A stretch of 47,020 bases of DNA from Octopus bimaculoides. Taxonomy: Eukaryota. The notes beneath the pieces were generated by a model that saw nothing but the letters and a program-made list of their open reading frames with translations, was not told the origin of the DNA and did not search any database. The stretch is from NCBI RefSeq assembly GCF_001194135.2, contig NC_068984.1:128670645-128717664 (forward strand), given 5' to 3'. Of this stretch, positions 10,881 through 22,659 are shown in pieces (positions within the stretch are counted from its first letter, which is position 1; every line of letters begins with the position of its first letter). A program made the translations under genes and the position numbers.

Positions 10881-11989
10881 CATTCTATGTAAATGTCTCT
10901 TTGTCCCGCTCTTTCTTTTCACCTTTTTCCTTTCCTCACACTCTCTGTTACTTCCATATATTTATCATAAACTTCTGTCTTTTTCTAAATGTTTCTTTTT
11001 TTTTTTTATTATTCACTATGTCCCTCAAATATCTTCTCTTTCTTACTCTGCACTGTTGCCTTTCTTTCCTACTTCTCGTCTAGTCTATATTAGTTTCTTC
11101 CATTTCCCTGTTTAAACAGAACATATTTTATTGCTTCAACCAAACACAACTGTATCATTTCTCTATAAAATTTCACATCGCCTCGTAAAGTGTAGCAAAA
11201 CATTACGTCGTTATCTCCTGATGTACTTCCTTGTCTCTGTAACTGTCAATGATACTTTAATTAACTAAAGATAACAGAAACCTTAGTTACTTTTTAGATA
11301 AACTTTTGTTTATTTTTACATTTAAACAACGTTACCAAATCAGCAAAACCGGATGCATAATTGCAACATAGTTTAACGGTATTATTATGGTGGAAAAAAT
11401 AAAATACAACTAGAGAAATAGATTCTTAGGTTTAATCGGAGCGATACTCCTGAATTACTGTAGAATATCATGTTAGGGAAATTGAGCTATAGATTCTGTT
11501 TCCTTAATACATCAATGGACAGAACGATGGGAGCTCTCAGATTACTTCAAAGTGCAGATATTCTTGCTGTGACATTTAATTGATGATAGTCGTTATGCTT
11601 GCTTCAAATGAAACCAGTGATCCATTAGACATTATAGGCATCAATTACATTCAGAAAACAGAAATAAAACAATTGACAGACTTCGAAGTACTGCTTATAT
11701 ACAACTTGCTAGCCGACTGGTATCCAGTTCGACTCTCATCTTGTACTATATCCGTGTACCGTCTGTAGCAGTATTTCTAGTTGTTTTTAAGTATAATTAT
11801 TATTTCCTTTATCTTTATTTTCAAAAACTGTAGGTGAAATAGTACATCTGATTTCTTAATATTGGTAGGAGCTTGAAGAGTGTTCCACCAGTCGTATTCT
11901 TCTCCCGGGTATTTGTATTAAACCTATGGCAGCTTTTTCTTACTTCTTGAGTCTGAAGGAAAGGACAGTTTCATTTGGAGCGTCCCCCC

Positions 11990-12230
11990 CTCCCTCACTA
12001 TTGAGATTGAGGATATAAGTGCGCTGTTTAAACAGATCAACACCTGCGGGAGTAGGGAGAAGATTCCAGAATACCGATGTTGTGAGGGAGAAAGGACTGA
12101 GTTTTGGGGTGAGTGCAGGCCAGCTAAGTTGAATGGAACAAGGGTGACGGGAGGTGGAGACGAATGGTTCGTGATGCCGGATTAGAGGACATATGGAATC
12201 AGACCAGCCAGCCAGCTCTGAGGAACAGAA
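11990..12230 (-). mobile_element. Old L2/CR1-group LINE 3' fragment
   Basis: Minus frame reads LAGWSDSICPLIRHHEPFVSTSRHPCSIQLSWPALTPKLSPFSLTTSVFWNLLPTPAGVDLFKQRTYILNL, resembling the HP...WNxLP...FK..V LINE ORF2 terminus. Confidence 0.55.
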
Positions 12231-12626
12231 AGCATTTGTTTAAAAATTTTCCTCTCATGGTCTTCCACTGTAGCTGCCAGACTTAATCTCAGAATGTGCA
12301 AATTAACTGCAACTGTGTTTCCATAACGACATAACTGTAACCACATACAGAGTACTGAAGCCGCAATAGGTTCAACATGTAAACGAACAAAGTGTTGAGA
12401 TGTTTCAGGTTTCTCTCTTCTAATTTTCTTTTCCATTTCTGTGTCAGTTTCACCTTCTCATTAGTATTTGTCTGGTCTAAACCTCTAATTTAGGTGTCTG
12501 CATCCAATTAAAGATTCTCTTTGAAGTTTTAATTAATTTACCTTTTCTTTCGGTAATCTTGGTATATTTATCTAAAGCCATGCATATTTTTATACTTTGG
12601 TGTAATTTATTAAAAGAAGAAAGAGA

Positions 12627-12630
<4 letters not shown>

Positions 12631-12711
<81 letters not shown>
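12631..12711. repeat. (GA)n microsatellite
   Basis: Direct reading. Confidence 0.95.
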
Positions 12712-12715
<4 letters not shown>

Positions 12716-13064
12716 GGAAACAAATAAGAAAGAAGATGAATTTGTATGTGGAAAAATACATGTTAAACTATGTTTTATAATTTATTTTGTCACAAAAGTG
12801 ATAATTATATATATTACATTCATATTTAAATGCAGGCTGCCATATTTGATGTGGTCGATCGAATATAATGCTAAATCAGTAGAAATTCTAAAATAATGAG
12901 AATATTTATTAGTCTTAATAAAAATTATTCTCCAAAGGGATAAGGGGGAGAACTTATGCAACCGAAAATGAAATGGAGTTTTGAAAGAGTAGAGTGAGGC
13001 GTGTATGTGAATGCATGTGTGTGTATATGAATATATGAGCATGTCTTGGTGTTTATTGTGTTCA

Positions 13065-13222
13065 CCGATTGACAACCAGTATTCGTTTGCTTACCTCCTC
13101 GTAACATAGCGGTTCGGTCTGAGTGCCCGATAGAATAAGTGCCAGGTTGAAAAATAGAACTGTTCAACTAAACTCTTTAAGGCAATGCCCCAACATGACC
13201 ACAGATAAAAATATAAAAAAAG
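13065..13222 (+). mobile_element. SINE family B 3' part
   Basis: ttgacaacc...ctcgtaacatagcggttcgg...gatagaataagtgccagg...aaggcaatgccccaacatgaccacag. Confidence 0.65.
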
Positions 13223-13969
13223 AACTAGTGGGATTCGAACTTTGCATAAAGCAAAATAAATTCTACAATCTACCACTGCGTTTCTGTCATGTTAACAGAT
13301 CATTGTTTTGTGTTTTGATCTAATGGAGAAAAAAAATGCGTTATTTTATTGATTTCACGAGATATGATCTGCAACTAGAATTTCCAATTCTGTTGATATA
13401 TCGGTTTTACAAATTTATCAATCAATTAACTGTAAGGAAGTAAATAATGTTTATACTGGTAAAAACCTGAGAAAATACTGAAGAAAAAAACAGTGTAATT
13501 AGAAACTTAACATGGCTCATAAACAAGGACACACAGACAATGAAACACGCGCACACACAAGCGCCTATATACATATGCATGTACATACACGCACACACAC
13601 ACACACACATACACACACACGTATTTTCATCTATCTATCTATCTATCTAGCTATCTATCTATCTAGCTATCTTTCTTTCTTTCTTTCTTTGTAGCTATAA
13701 CCATATTTATCCATCCAAATGTTAAATATTTATGGGAGGCCATCTGTAAGGTAAATGAGCGACTTACGTGCGACAAAGCGTAATTAATGCTTGGAAAAGG
13801 CAGAGAAATCTATACTATACTTAGGCTAGTAACCTAGCAACCTATATACCTAGTTATCTATCTACCTTTATCTATCTGCCGATCTGTCTTTCTGTCAGTC
13901 GGTCTGTCAGTCTATGAAAATAAATAGTCTAACCTAGATGAAAGATAAATGAGAATCAACCCAAAAGGG

Positions 13970-13970
<1 letters not shown>

Positions 13971-14055
<85 letters not shown>

Positions 14056-14095
14056 TATATATTTCTATATATATGTGTGTGTGTGTGTGTGTATA
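13971..14095. repeat. (AC)n-(TA)-(TG)n compound microsatellite
   Basis: Direct reading. Confidence 0.95.
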
Positions 14096-14251
14096 TAAAC
14101 ATATATACACGCGAACGAACATGCACGCGCTGAATATCACGCACAACACAACACAACGTTTATATAAATACCCATTTCTGTATGTTTTTTCACATGATTT
14201 TATTTCTATAACATATCCTATTTTGGTTTTACTGTGATTACATATCTATCT

Positions 14252-14581
14252 GTGGAGGCGCAATGGCCCAGTGGTTAGGGCAGCGGAGTCGCGGTCATAG
14301 GATCGCGGTTTCAATTCCCAGACCGGGCGTTGTAAGTGTTTATTGAGCGAAAACACCTAAAGCTCCACGAGGCTCCAGCAGGGGATGGTGGCGAACCCTG
14401 TTGTATTCTTTCACCACAACTTTCTCTCACTCTTACTTCCTGTTTCTGTTGTGCCTGTAATTCAAAGGGTCAGCCTTGTCACACTGTGTCACGCTGAATA
14501 TCCCCGAGAACTACGTTAAGGCTACACGTGTCTGTGGAGTGCTCAGCCACTTGCACGTTAATTTCACGAGCAGGCTGTTCC
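14252..14581 (+). mobile_element. SINE family C copy, cut by assembly gap
   Basis: Colinear with 43248-43607 from gtggaggcgcaatggc to gcaggctgttcc. Confidence 0.9.
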
Positions 14582-15435
14582 NNNNNNNNNNNNNNNNNNN
14601 NNNNNNNNNNNNNNNNNNNNNNNNNNNNNNNNNNNNNNNNNNNNNNNNNNNNNNNNNNNNNNNNNNNNNNNNNNNNNNNNNNNNNNNNNNNNNNNNNNNN
14701 NNNNNNNNNNNNNNNNNNNNNNNNNNNNNNNNNNNNNNNNNNNNNNNNNNNNNNNNNNNNNNNNNNNNNNNNNNNNNNNNNNNNNNNNNNNNNNNNNNNN
14801 NNNNNNNNNNNNNNNNNNNNNNNNNNNNNNNNNNNNNNNNNNNNNNNNNNNNNNNNNNNNNNNNNNNNNNNNNNNNNNNNNNNNNNNNNNNNNNNNNNNN
14901 NNNNNNNNNNNNNNNNNNNNNNNNNNNNNNNNNNNNNNNNNNNNNNNNNNNNNNNNNNNNNNNNNNNNNNNNNNNNNNNNNNNNNNNNNNNNNNNNNNNN
15001 NNNNNNNNNNNNNNNNNNNNNNNNNNNNNNNNNNNNNNNNNNNNNNNNNNNNNNNNNNNNNNNNNNNNNNNNNNNNNNNNNNNNNNNNNNNNNNNNNNNN
15101 NNNNNNNNNNNNNNNNNNNNNNNNNNNNNNNNNNNNNNNNNNNNNNNNNNNNNNNNNNNNNNNNNNNNNNNNNNNNNNNNNNATATACCAATGACTTTAC
15201 CATTAGATGATACGGATTAAATCAGTGGAATACGTTGGATTATATAATCCCTAATGAGGACTTAACTTCCTCGGATTAACTATATATATATATATATATA
15301 CACACACATATACACACACATACTTACATATATACATATATATATGTATATGTGTGTGTGTGTTTTGTGTGTATGTGAATGTGTGTGTTGTGTGTATGTG
15401 CCTGTCTGTCTGTCTGTATATATATATATGTGTAT

Positions 15436-15490
<55 letters not shown>

Positions 15491-16044
15491 NNNNNNNNNN
15501 NNNNNNNNNNNNNNNNNNNNNNNNNNNNNNNNNNNNNNNNNNNNNNNNNNNNNNNNNNNNNNNNNNNNNNNNNNNNNNNNNNNNNNNNNNNNNNNNNNNN
15601 NNNNNNNNNNNNNNNNNNNNNNNNNNNNNNNNNNNNNNNNNNNNNNNNNNNNNNNNNNNNNNNNNNNNNNNNNNNNNNNNNNNNNNNNNNNNNNNNNNNN
15701 NNNNNNNNNNNNNNNNNNNNNNNNNNNNNNNNNNNNNNNNNNNNNNNNNNNNNNNNNNNNNNNNNNNNNNNNNNNNNNNNNNNNNNNNNNNNNNNNNNNN
15801 NNNNNNNNNNNNNNNNNNNNNNNNNNNNNNNNNNNNNNNNNNNNNNNNNNNNNNNNNNNNNNNNNNNNNNNNNNNNNNNNNNNNNNNNNNNNNNNNNNNN
15901 NNNNNNNNNNNNNNNNNNNNNNNNNNNNNNNNNNNNNNNNNNNNNNNNNNNNNNNNNNNNNNNNNNNNNNNNNNNNNNNNNNNNNNNNNNNNNNNNNNNN
16001 NNNNNNNNNNNNNNNNNNNNNNNNNTATATATATAAATTTCTTT

Positions 16045-16170
16045 CTACTGCAGCCACAAGGCGTTGAAATTTGGTGCGGTGGGAGATGGTACTAATCGAT
16101 AACTGGGATAGCCCAGTGCTTGGCTTGTACTTATTCTATCGAAAAGAATGAGAACAAAGTCGACCTCAGC
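16045..16170 (-). mobile_element. SINE family A 3' fragment
   Basis: aatcgataac...cccagtgcttggcttgtacttattctatcgaaaagaatgagaacaaagtcgacctcagc. Confidence 0.6.
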
Positions 16171-16442
16171 CTTTTAACCTTTGTGTTTTATAGAGGAAGA
16201 CTTTGCTGGCTGTGTTTATAAATATTTTTTCAATTCTATTTCAAATGAGAGTGTTTTATAATATGGATGTAAGGCTTATGGATGTAAGCAAAAGTGAGGC
16301 ATTATAAAAAATTGTGTATATACTCATGTATAAAAATAGGAATAAAAATAAAATTTAATCTTAAAGAAGTTTGTTTAAATATTCAAAGATTTAAAAAACT
16401 TCTGATTAATGTAAAATTTTTATAACATAAAAACAAGCATTA

Positions 16443-16491
<49 letters not shown>

Positions 16492-17295
16492 AAGTAGATG
16501 AATAAATGGATAGGTAGAACACAGGAGGAGCTTGAAAACGACCGTGATATTACTGATATACCGAAACTCTTCCCAATTCTGTAACTTATATAAAAATTTA
16601 GTGCAAGGTTACAATATCGCATGGGAGTATAGGAAATTTGATCAGATTCCGAAGTTAATTGGTTGTTGTCTTATTGACCCAGGAAGGATAACGGGTAAAA
16701 GAGGACTGATGCGATCCGAAAGTAAGGATATACCATTAAATGCTGGTAATTATTTTATCTTACGCTCAACAGATCCTGACACCTAACAATGTCTATGAAG
16801 AGGATTATGTAACCAGGTGTTCGTGTTGTTGAGGTTAGTTTTTCTCATCAGGGAACAGTAGCTAAATGCTGCTCATTTTATACAAACCTATATTTAAGTG
16901 AACGTATTTAACACACGGGAACATCTATTTCCAATTTTGAATGAAGAGTTCAGTCTCAAGACGTTACTATATTCACAATAAATTGCCAATATGAAACTCG
17001 TGGTTCCGAATGTTATATTTACGGTTCAGTGAGTATTTCATTAGAAATGTCTAAAAATACCATTTAGTTTCCCTATAGAATTTGCAATACGAAGGCTAAT
17101 ATTATCAATTATTTGCTAACACTAACAGACAGCCAACCAGTATATTTAATAACTTTGCCACTCAAGTGGAAATAAATATCTGTTTAATGCATAGCATCTG
17201 TATTTTAGATCTCATTTCCATTATTAGCAAAACCGTCGTAACTTTGTATTTAGGGTAAGCAACAACAACAACAACAACAACAACAGCAACAACAA

Positions 17296-17517
17296 CAATA
17301 ATGGTTTCAAATTTTGGCATAAGGCCAGCGATTTCGGGGATGGGGGCTAAGTCGATTACATCGAACTCCATGATCAACTGATACTTATTTCATCAACTCC
17401 CAAAGGATGAAAGCTAAAGTCGACCTCGGCGGAAGTTGAACGGAGAACGTAAAGACGGACGAAATGCTGCTAAGCATTTCGCTTGACGTACTAACGATTC
17501 TGGCAGCTCGCCGCCTT
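17296..17517 (-). mobile_element. SINE family A copy
   Basis: tggtttcaaattttggcataagg...aaagtcgacctcggcggaagttgaac...ctggcagctcgccgcc. Confidence 0.9.
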
Positions 17518-17518
17518 T

Positions 17519-17566
<48 letters not shown>

Positions 17567-17597
17567 TGAACAATAACAACAATAATGATAATAATAA
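17519..17597. repeat. (AAT)n microsatellite
   Basis: Direct reading. A similar tract lies at 26408-26470. Confidence 0.95.
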
Positions 17598-17804
17598 AGA
17601 GACCAAAATTAATTAAGAGCAATGATATTATGCTAAATAAAGAATCGGGGACAAAATAATTGGACTAAACACAAATTTGCAAATACGTTGGAATCAATGA
17701 ATTAGAAACAGTTTTCCTCGAGCTCTAGGACTCTTAAGTCTAATTACTCGGTTTCCATGGCCTATAAGTGACCGAGATCGCAACGTTCTTTATGAACAGG
17801 ACGC

Positions 17805-18022
17805 TGGTCCATTTCAGTGTTCAAAGCAAACAATCTCGAAGGAAGAAAGTCAGTCGATTACACCGACTCCCAACACTTACCCAGTACTTTATTTTTTCGA
17901 CCCCAAAGGTTATCAAAGTGAATGTTGACTCCAGCAGCATTTGAACTCAGGAGATAAAGAATAGAATTAGATGCCGCTAAGCATTTTGTCCGACGTGCTA
18001 AAGATTCTGCCAGCTGGCCGTC
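17805..18022 (-). mobile_element. SINE family A copy (older)
   Basis: agtcgattacaccgactccc...gcatttgaactcag...ctgccagctggccgtc. Confidence 0.75.
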
Positions 18023-18096
18023 TTATGAGAAACATTAGGAAGTAATATAGACCAGTAAAATCAATACTCAAACAGGGCTAAATGCGCAAAAGTAAA

Positions 18097-18490
18097 TCTT
18101 TTATCTTTTATCTTTTACTGGTTTCAGCCCAGGGCTGAGGTCATGCTGGTGCACCATCTGTTGTTACTCGGTGTTGTTTCCGGTATTGTTTTTGGTGAAG
18201 TAGCGAGTTGGACGGAGCTGCTCTTCTTTGCGTCTCCTGCCGTGATGTGGGTTCATCTGGTATCTCAGACAGAAACCTGTCCAGACGTTCCTTGAAAACT
18301 TCCACATCAACACCATGTAGATCTCTAAGGTTGCCTGGAAGGATGTTGAACAATTGCGGGCCCTTAAAACCCAGACTATTGCAGTAATGTGTCCTTATTG
18401 TAGATGGAGGGAAGACAGGATCTTTGGTATGATGCAGCGCGGTCCAGTTCGAGGATTGGTATAGCTGAAATGAGGAATTAAAAAATCTCA
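18097..18490 (-). mobile_element. 5'-truncated CR1/L2-group LINE 3' end
   Basis: Minus strand encodes YTNPRTGPRCIIPKI, then after a frameshift RTHYCNSLGFKGPQLFNILPGNLRDLHGVDVEVFKERLDRFLSEIPDEPT, typical of a CR1-group ORF2 C-terminus. It ends in a stem-loop and a (TAAAAGA)n tail. This explains the 3' half of ORF 18141..18788. Confidence 0.8.
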
Positions 18491-19904
18491 GACTAAAAAT
18501 AACAAGAACGCGGGGAAAAGGAAAGCAGAAATAATTCCTATAAAAATAGGTGGCTTGGGGATCATTAAAAGAGATGCATTGACACGCATAACAAACCTGC
18601 CTCCAAGACTCACAAATATACAAACATATTGTAAAGAGCACTAATTGGTAGTTAAAGTATATCACGTAGAGTATTTTCAGTGCAATCGATAATACAAAAC
18701 CTAAACAAAATACTGCACATACCCTCGTTGAATACATTTTCCATGCAGTAAACCCGCGTAATTGTAATCTTGTAGCTTTTTCTTCCAACCCCGTACATTA
18801 CATTATTTATTAGACTATAAACCGTCACTAATGCACCTATCCACTTATAAATCACAAATAATCCCCTAGTGAAGGATCATATGAATTTTGCGGTAGCCGA
18901 AGAATTCTTCATCCTGTACTAAAGTATTAATGACTTTTTAAAGGCCTTTATAGCAGAGGCGGAGAATCCTTTCATATTTTAAGGCTATATTATATTACAT
19001 GTAATTTAAAACGTGGCTTTATGCTTGTGCCAGAAATATCGACTATTTTTTCTATTGTTGCATATATAGCTGCTATGTCAATAAGTACAATTCTGTTTCT
19101 AAGATGTGTTAGAAACTTGGAAATTTTTTATCAGTCAATTTGCGAGCGCTTTTCTTTATGTCAATATATATATTTTCTGGCCAAATGGTAAATAAGTTTG
19201 AATCGTAGTTATGAGGGTGCGAGTTCGATCTCATTGGGGGTCATGTTGGGCTAGTGTTTTTGACATATCTTCAGTTTAACTCAAGCTGTGTAAATAAAAT
19301 TGGGTTGATGGAAATTGAGTGGAAGTCAGTCAGATGGATTGTACCCATAATTTCACCGTTCGACCTTCTCAAATATTGTGTCACTCTGATTCAACCTAGG
19401 AATTACATAAATGGCATGCGTGTTCGTGGAATATTCAATTACTTACAGGTTAATTTAATGAGCAGATAGTCAAGTTTTTCGAATTACTGAATGTTCAGCA
19501 TAGAAAATGACGGATAATTTATTATCAACGTCGTCATCGTTGGAACCATTACGTTAGTCACAACCTGGGTCAACTTTTGACCTAAACAGTTTCTAAGTCA
19601 AACTAAGTTTAGTGGTTTATTGAGAAGGTTGTGGATTTTTTTCGTATCGAAGTACGATAAACTGAAAAAAGTTCTTTTTATATTTCACGGTAGGCGACCA
19701 GGGTTGCCGGTAATGCGAATAAGAACACTAGAGTTAAGGTATGGAGTAGATAAAATCCGGGTTACATGTGTTTCATAGCGAGCTGAATCTCGGAAGTGGC
19801 AAATATCCATACAAGATGTATACCGCAAGCTACTCTTCATGCCAAGAATATTTTGATTAAATGAAAGTTTACATTGTCGCAAGGGTGTATATATATATAT
19901 GTAG

Positions 19905-20105
19905 GGGGAAAATTCACACACAAAAAAAAACAAAAACAAAAGACGAAGACAAGTGGTGTAGACAACAAACAGATGTATTAGTTTAACGCTCGGGAAGAGA
20001 AAAAGTCTTTAACATTTCGAGCCTACGCTCTTCCACAGAAAGGAACACAGAAAGAAACAGGGAGAGAAAATAAAGATGTAGTAGCTAGCGATCTATCATG
20101 GCGAA
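19905..20105 (-). mobile_element. Family E repeat copy (variant hammerhead at 20007-20042)
   Basis: Clear similarity to 32255-32460 (cgctcgggaa, tttcgagcctacgctctt, tagcgatctatcatggcgaa). Lies between (TA)n and (TG)n tracts. Confidence 0.6.
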
Positions 20106-20163
20106 TGTATGTATGTATGTGTGTGTGTATGTGTGTGTGTGTGTGTGTGTGTGNNNNNNNNNN

Positions 20164-20206
<43 letters not shown>

Positions 20207-20564
20207 ATTGCTATAATGTTAGTGTCTGACGTGATATAGTAGCTGTGCTAGTTTTTCTATGATTTTTAATAATGAATGAGCCTAGTATCTTGTCAATGTG
20301 AGGAGTTTTACCAGAATTTATTAAAGCACGTGTGATTGCCAATATCTAAAATCACTAATCCACATTCAACATCTTTGTTAGTTCTATTTGTCAAAGTCTT
20401 TACAGATAATGTTAGTGGTTCTCAAACAGCACGCCGCAATGGGTATCTAAGTACATCGCTGAGTTTTGAAAGTGTAACTGAAATTTTTAGAAAATCAAAA
20501 TAATGCTTGAGGGCCCTGATAAACTCATTATTCATAATTTTCGTTATTCACAAGGATAATTAAA

Positions 20565-20775
20565 TGTTTCTGATATAGGAACAAAGCCAAAAATTCGTGA
20601 GAGGGTGAATCTACTACACCGGTTCTAGTATATGAATGGCACTTTTTTTATCGACTCCAAAAAGATGGAAAGAAAAATTGACCTCTGCGAGTTTTTGAAC
20701 TCAGGAAATGAAGAACTGGAAGATATACCGCAGAGAACTTCTCCCGATGCCTGAACGATCCTGGCAGCTCGCCAC
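20565..20775 (-). mobile_element. SINE family A copy (older)
   Basis: ttatcgactccaaaagatggaaag...ttgaactcag...ctggcagctcgcca. Confidence 0.7.
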
Positions 20776-20919
20776 ATTGTACGGGAGCGTTCTTAATATA
20801 ACGAAGAAATAGTTTTCTAAATATTTTTTCTTACTTTTTTAACTTAAAAACAAATGTTTTTTTTTTCCACCTCGTTATAAGTGCGCCGGTATTTTATTTT
20901 CTGCATAGAAATGCACTGG

Positions 20920-21490
20920 TCTAGATATTGGAACGGCTTAAACTTCTTTGAGTTTCCTGCTTTCAGGGAAATAATTTCAGAGAAATATTTTCAGTTGTTA
21001 GTGCAACATCTATAAACAGTTTTTAAAAGTATGTAGTAAGTACCATCTTCCTGTACTTGTTTGTATATAGAATAATTGATTTAGATTAGTGGTTCTCAAC
21101 CATTTATTGCCTATGTACCCCTTTAATTCATGCTTTACTCAAGTGGATCTACATAGCCATTCGCTGTATTAATAAAAAACTCCTACTGTATTAATATAAT
21201 TATTATTAGGAATTGTATACAAAAATTAAAATATTTTGTGTATTGTTGAAGTATAAGCAATTTATTGCACATCAATTTTAACAAAATATTGTACGGATCC
21301 CTGTTGAAAACCATTGAGTTAGATATTGGAAAATCTTAATCTTGGATTTTTCTAGATTTCCAAGGAAATAATGTCATTGATATATTTTCGGTGAAATATT
21401 TTCGGTTGTTGGTAGTGCAACATCTATAAACAGCCTTTTAGAATATGTTGTTTTAGCACTAACTAATATCAAGGCAGCCTTCCTGTATCA
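20920..21490 (+). repeat. Diverged tandem duplication of a ~130-170-bp unit (20920-21055 and 21317-21490)
   Basis: Both units contain tagatattggaa...ggaaataat...aaatattttc.gttgtt..agtgcaacatctataaacag...ttcctgta. Confidence 0.75.
21087..21316. mobile_element. hAT-type MITE (230 bp)
   Basis: TIRs TAGTGGTTCTCAAC / GTTGAAAACCATTG. The 8-bp flanks atttagat (21079-86) and agttagat (21317-24) match 7/8, as expected for a hAT target-site duplication. Confidence 0.75.
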
Positions 21491-22014
21491 TTCTGTCTGT
21501 ATGAATACCATTTCCTATAATATCGCCACCCTATAATTGTTAGACACTGTCTGCGACATATGCCTATAACATCTGTTTTCTGTGTCAGTATTCTGGGAGT
21601 GAAGCATCTTCCACCCAACATAGCTTCAATTTCTGTTGTGTCTGCCGATTTATTCAGGTTTGCCAAGACTTTACTTTCCTTCCATATCTCTTCTCCTCAT
21701 CTTTCTTCTCTTTCTTACCAAATCTTGCGTTTAATAATTGTTTCTGGCGTAGGCGCAAGGTTACAAATTTTGTGGCATGTGGTTCATCGATTAAAATGAC
21801 TCTAGTGACTGGTACTTTAAGTAATTCACTTCAGACAGATGTAAGGTAGAGCTGAAGTCGGTGAGATTTGTAACCTTGTGGTTTCGGGTTCAATCCTAAT
21901 CCGCGGCACCTTGGGCAAGTGTTGATTACTATAGTTCCAGACCGACTAATGCCAACCCACCACCCTAATAATTATGTAGGTACAAGACCAGAAAAGTTGT
22001 TTGGGTGATAGTAG

Positions 22015-22642
22015 GTTAAGGTGGGTGGTAAAAAGCTTGCTTTCCAATCCATGTGATTACGGGTTCAGTCCCAATGCGTGACACCTCGGGTAAGTGTCTT
22101 CTATTATAACTTCGAGCCGACCGAAGCTTTGTGGGTGGATTTGGTAGACAGAAACTGAAAGAAGCCCGTCGTGTGTTTATATACAGGGTAATTCAAAAGT
22201 CTTCATACGTAGGAAAAATTATTTTTTTATAAGAGACAGTTTATAAGATTCCTAGATCCCCTGATCTGACCCCTGTTTATTTCTATCTTTGGGGGCATTT
22301 GAAAGGCATGGTGTATCGCGGAAAGATAAAAGACATAAATCATTTGAAGGAACGCATCACCAACTCATTTGCACACGTATCACCAGATGTGCTATTCCGA
22401 GTTCACAATGAGTGGGGTAAACGCATTGCCATGTGTGTTCAAAACATGGTAACTATATAGAGCCTGTTAAATAAAAAAAACTGTTCTTATAAACTGTTTA
22501 TTATAAAAAGATAAATTGCTCCTATGTATGGCAACTTTTGAATCACCCTGTATATATATGTATGTATGTGCGTGTGTCTGTGTTCGTGTTTGTCCACCAT
22601 CAACACCCGGTGTTGGTGGCTTTACGTCCCGTAACTTAGCGA
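22015..22642 (+). mobile_element. SINE family B 5' two-thirds, interrupted by the Tc1/mariner insertion
   Basis: Head and CORE-like part at 22015-22181 and continuation at 22553-22642 (tgtgtctgtgttcgtgtttg...cgtaacttagcg) are colinear with 9455-9725 once 22184-22552 is removed. Confidence 0.85.
22184..22550 (+). mobile_element. Internally deleted Tc1/mariner-superfamily DNA transposon (367 bp)
   Basis: TA target duplication (22182-83, 22551-52). Imperfect ~65-bp TIRs: CAGGGTAATTCAAAAGTCTTCATACGTAGG... versus CAGGGTGATTCAAAAGTTGCCATACATAGG... Interior 22251-22474 translates as PRSPDLTPVYFYLWGHLKGMVYRGKIKDINHLKERITNSFAHVSPDVLFRVHNEWGKRIAMCVQN, matching the (W)PPRSPDLxPxDFxLWG transposase C-terminus, with a frameshift near the end. 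Confidence 0.9.
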
Positions 22643-22659
22643 TCCCAGAACTTGACATA

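Noticed and set aside
11943-12046. Apparent strong minus-strand exon (ctccctactcccgcag|GVDLFKQRTYILNL...|gtaaga)
   Set aside because: The acceptor and frame lie within a LINE 3' remnant (WNLLP...FK motif runs through the supposed intron-exon boundary).
18141-18788. 215-aa ORF as a host gene
   Set aside because: Only the last ~90 codons are LINE ORF2. The true LINE frame shifts at ~18410, and the upstream part is unrelated sequence that is open by chance.
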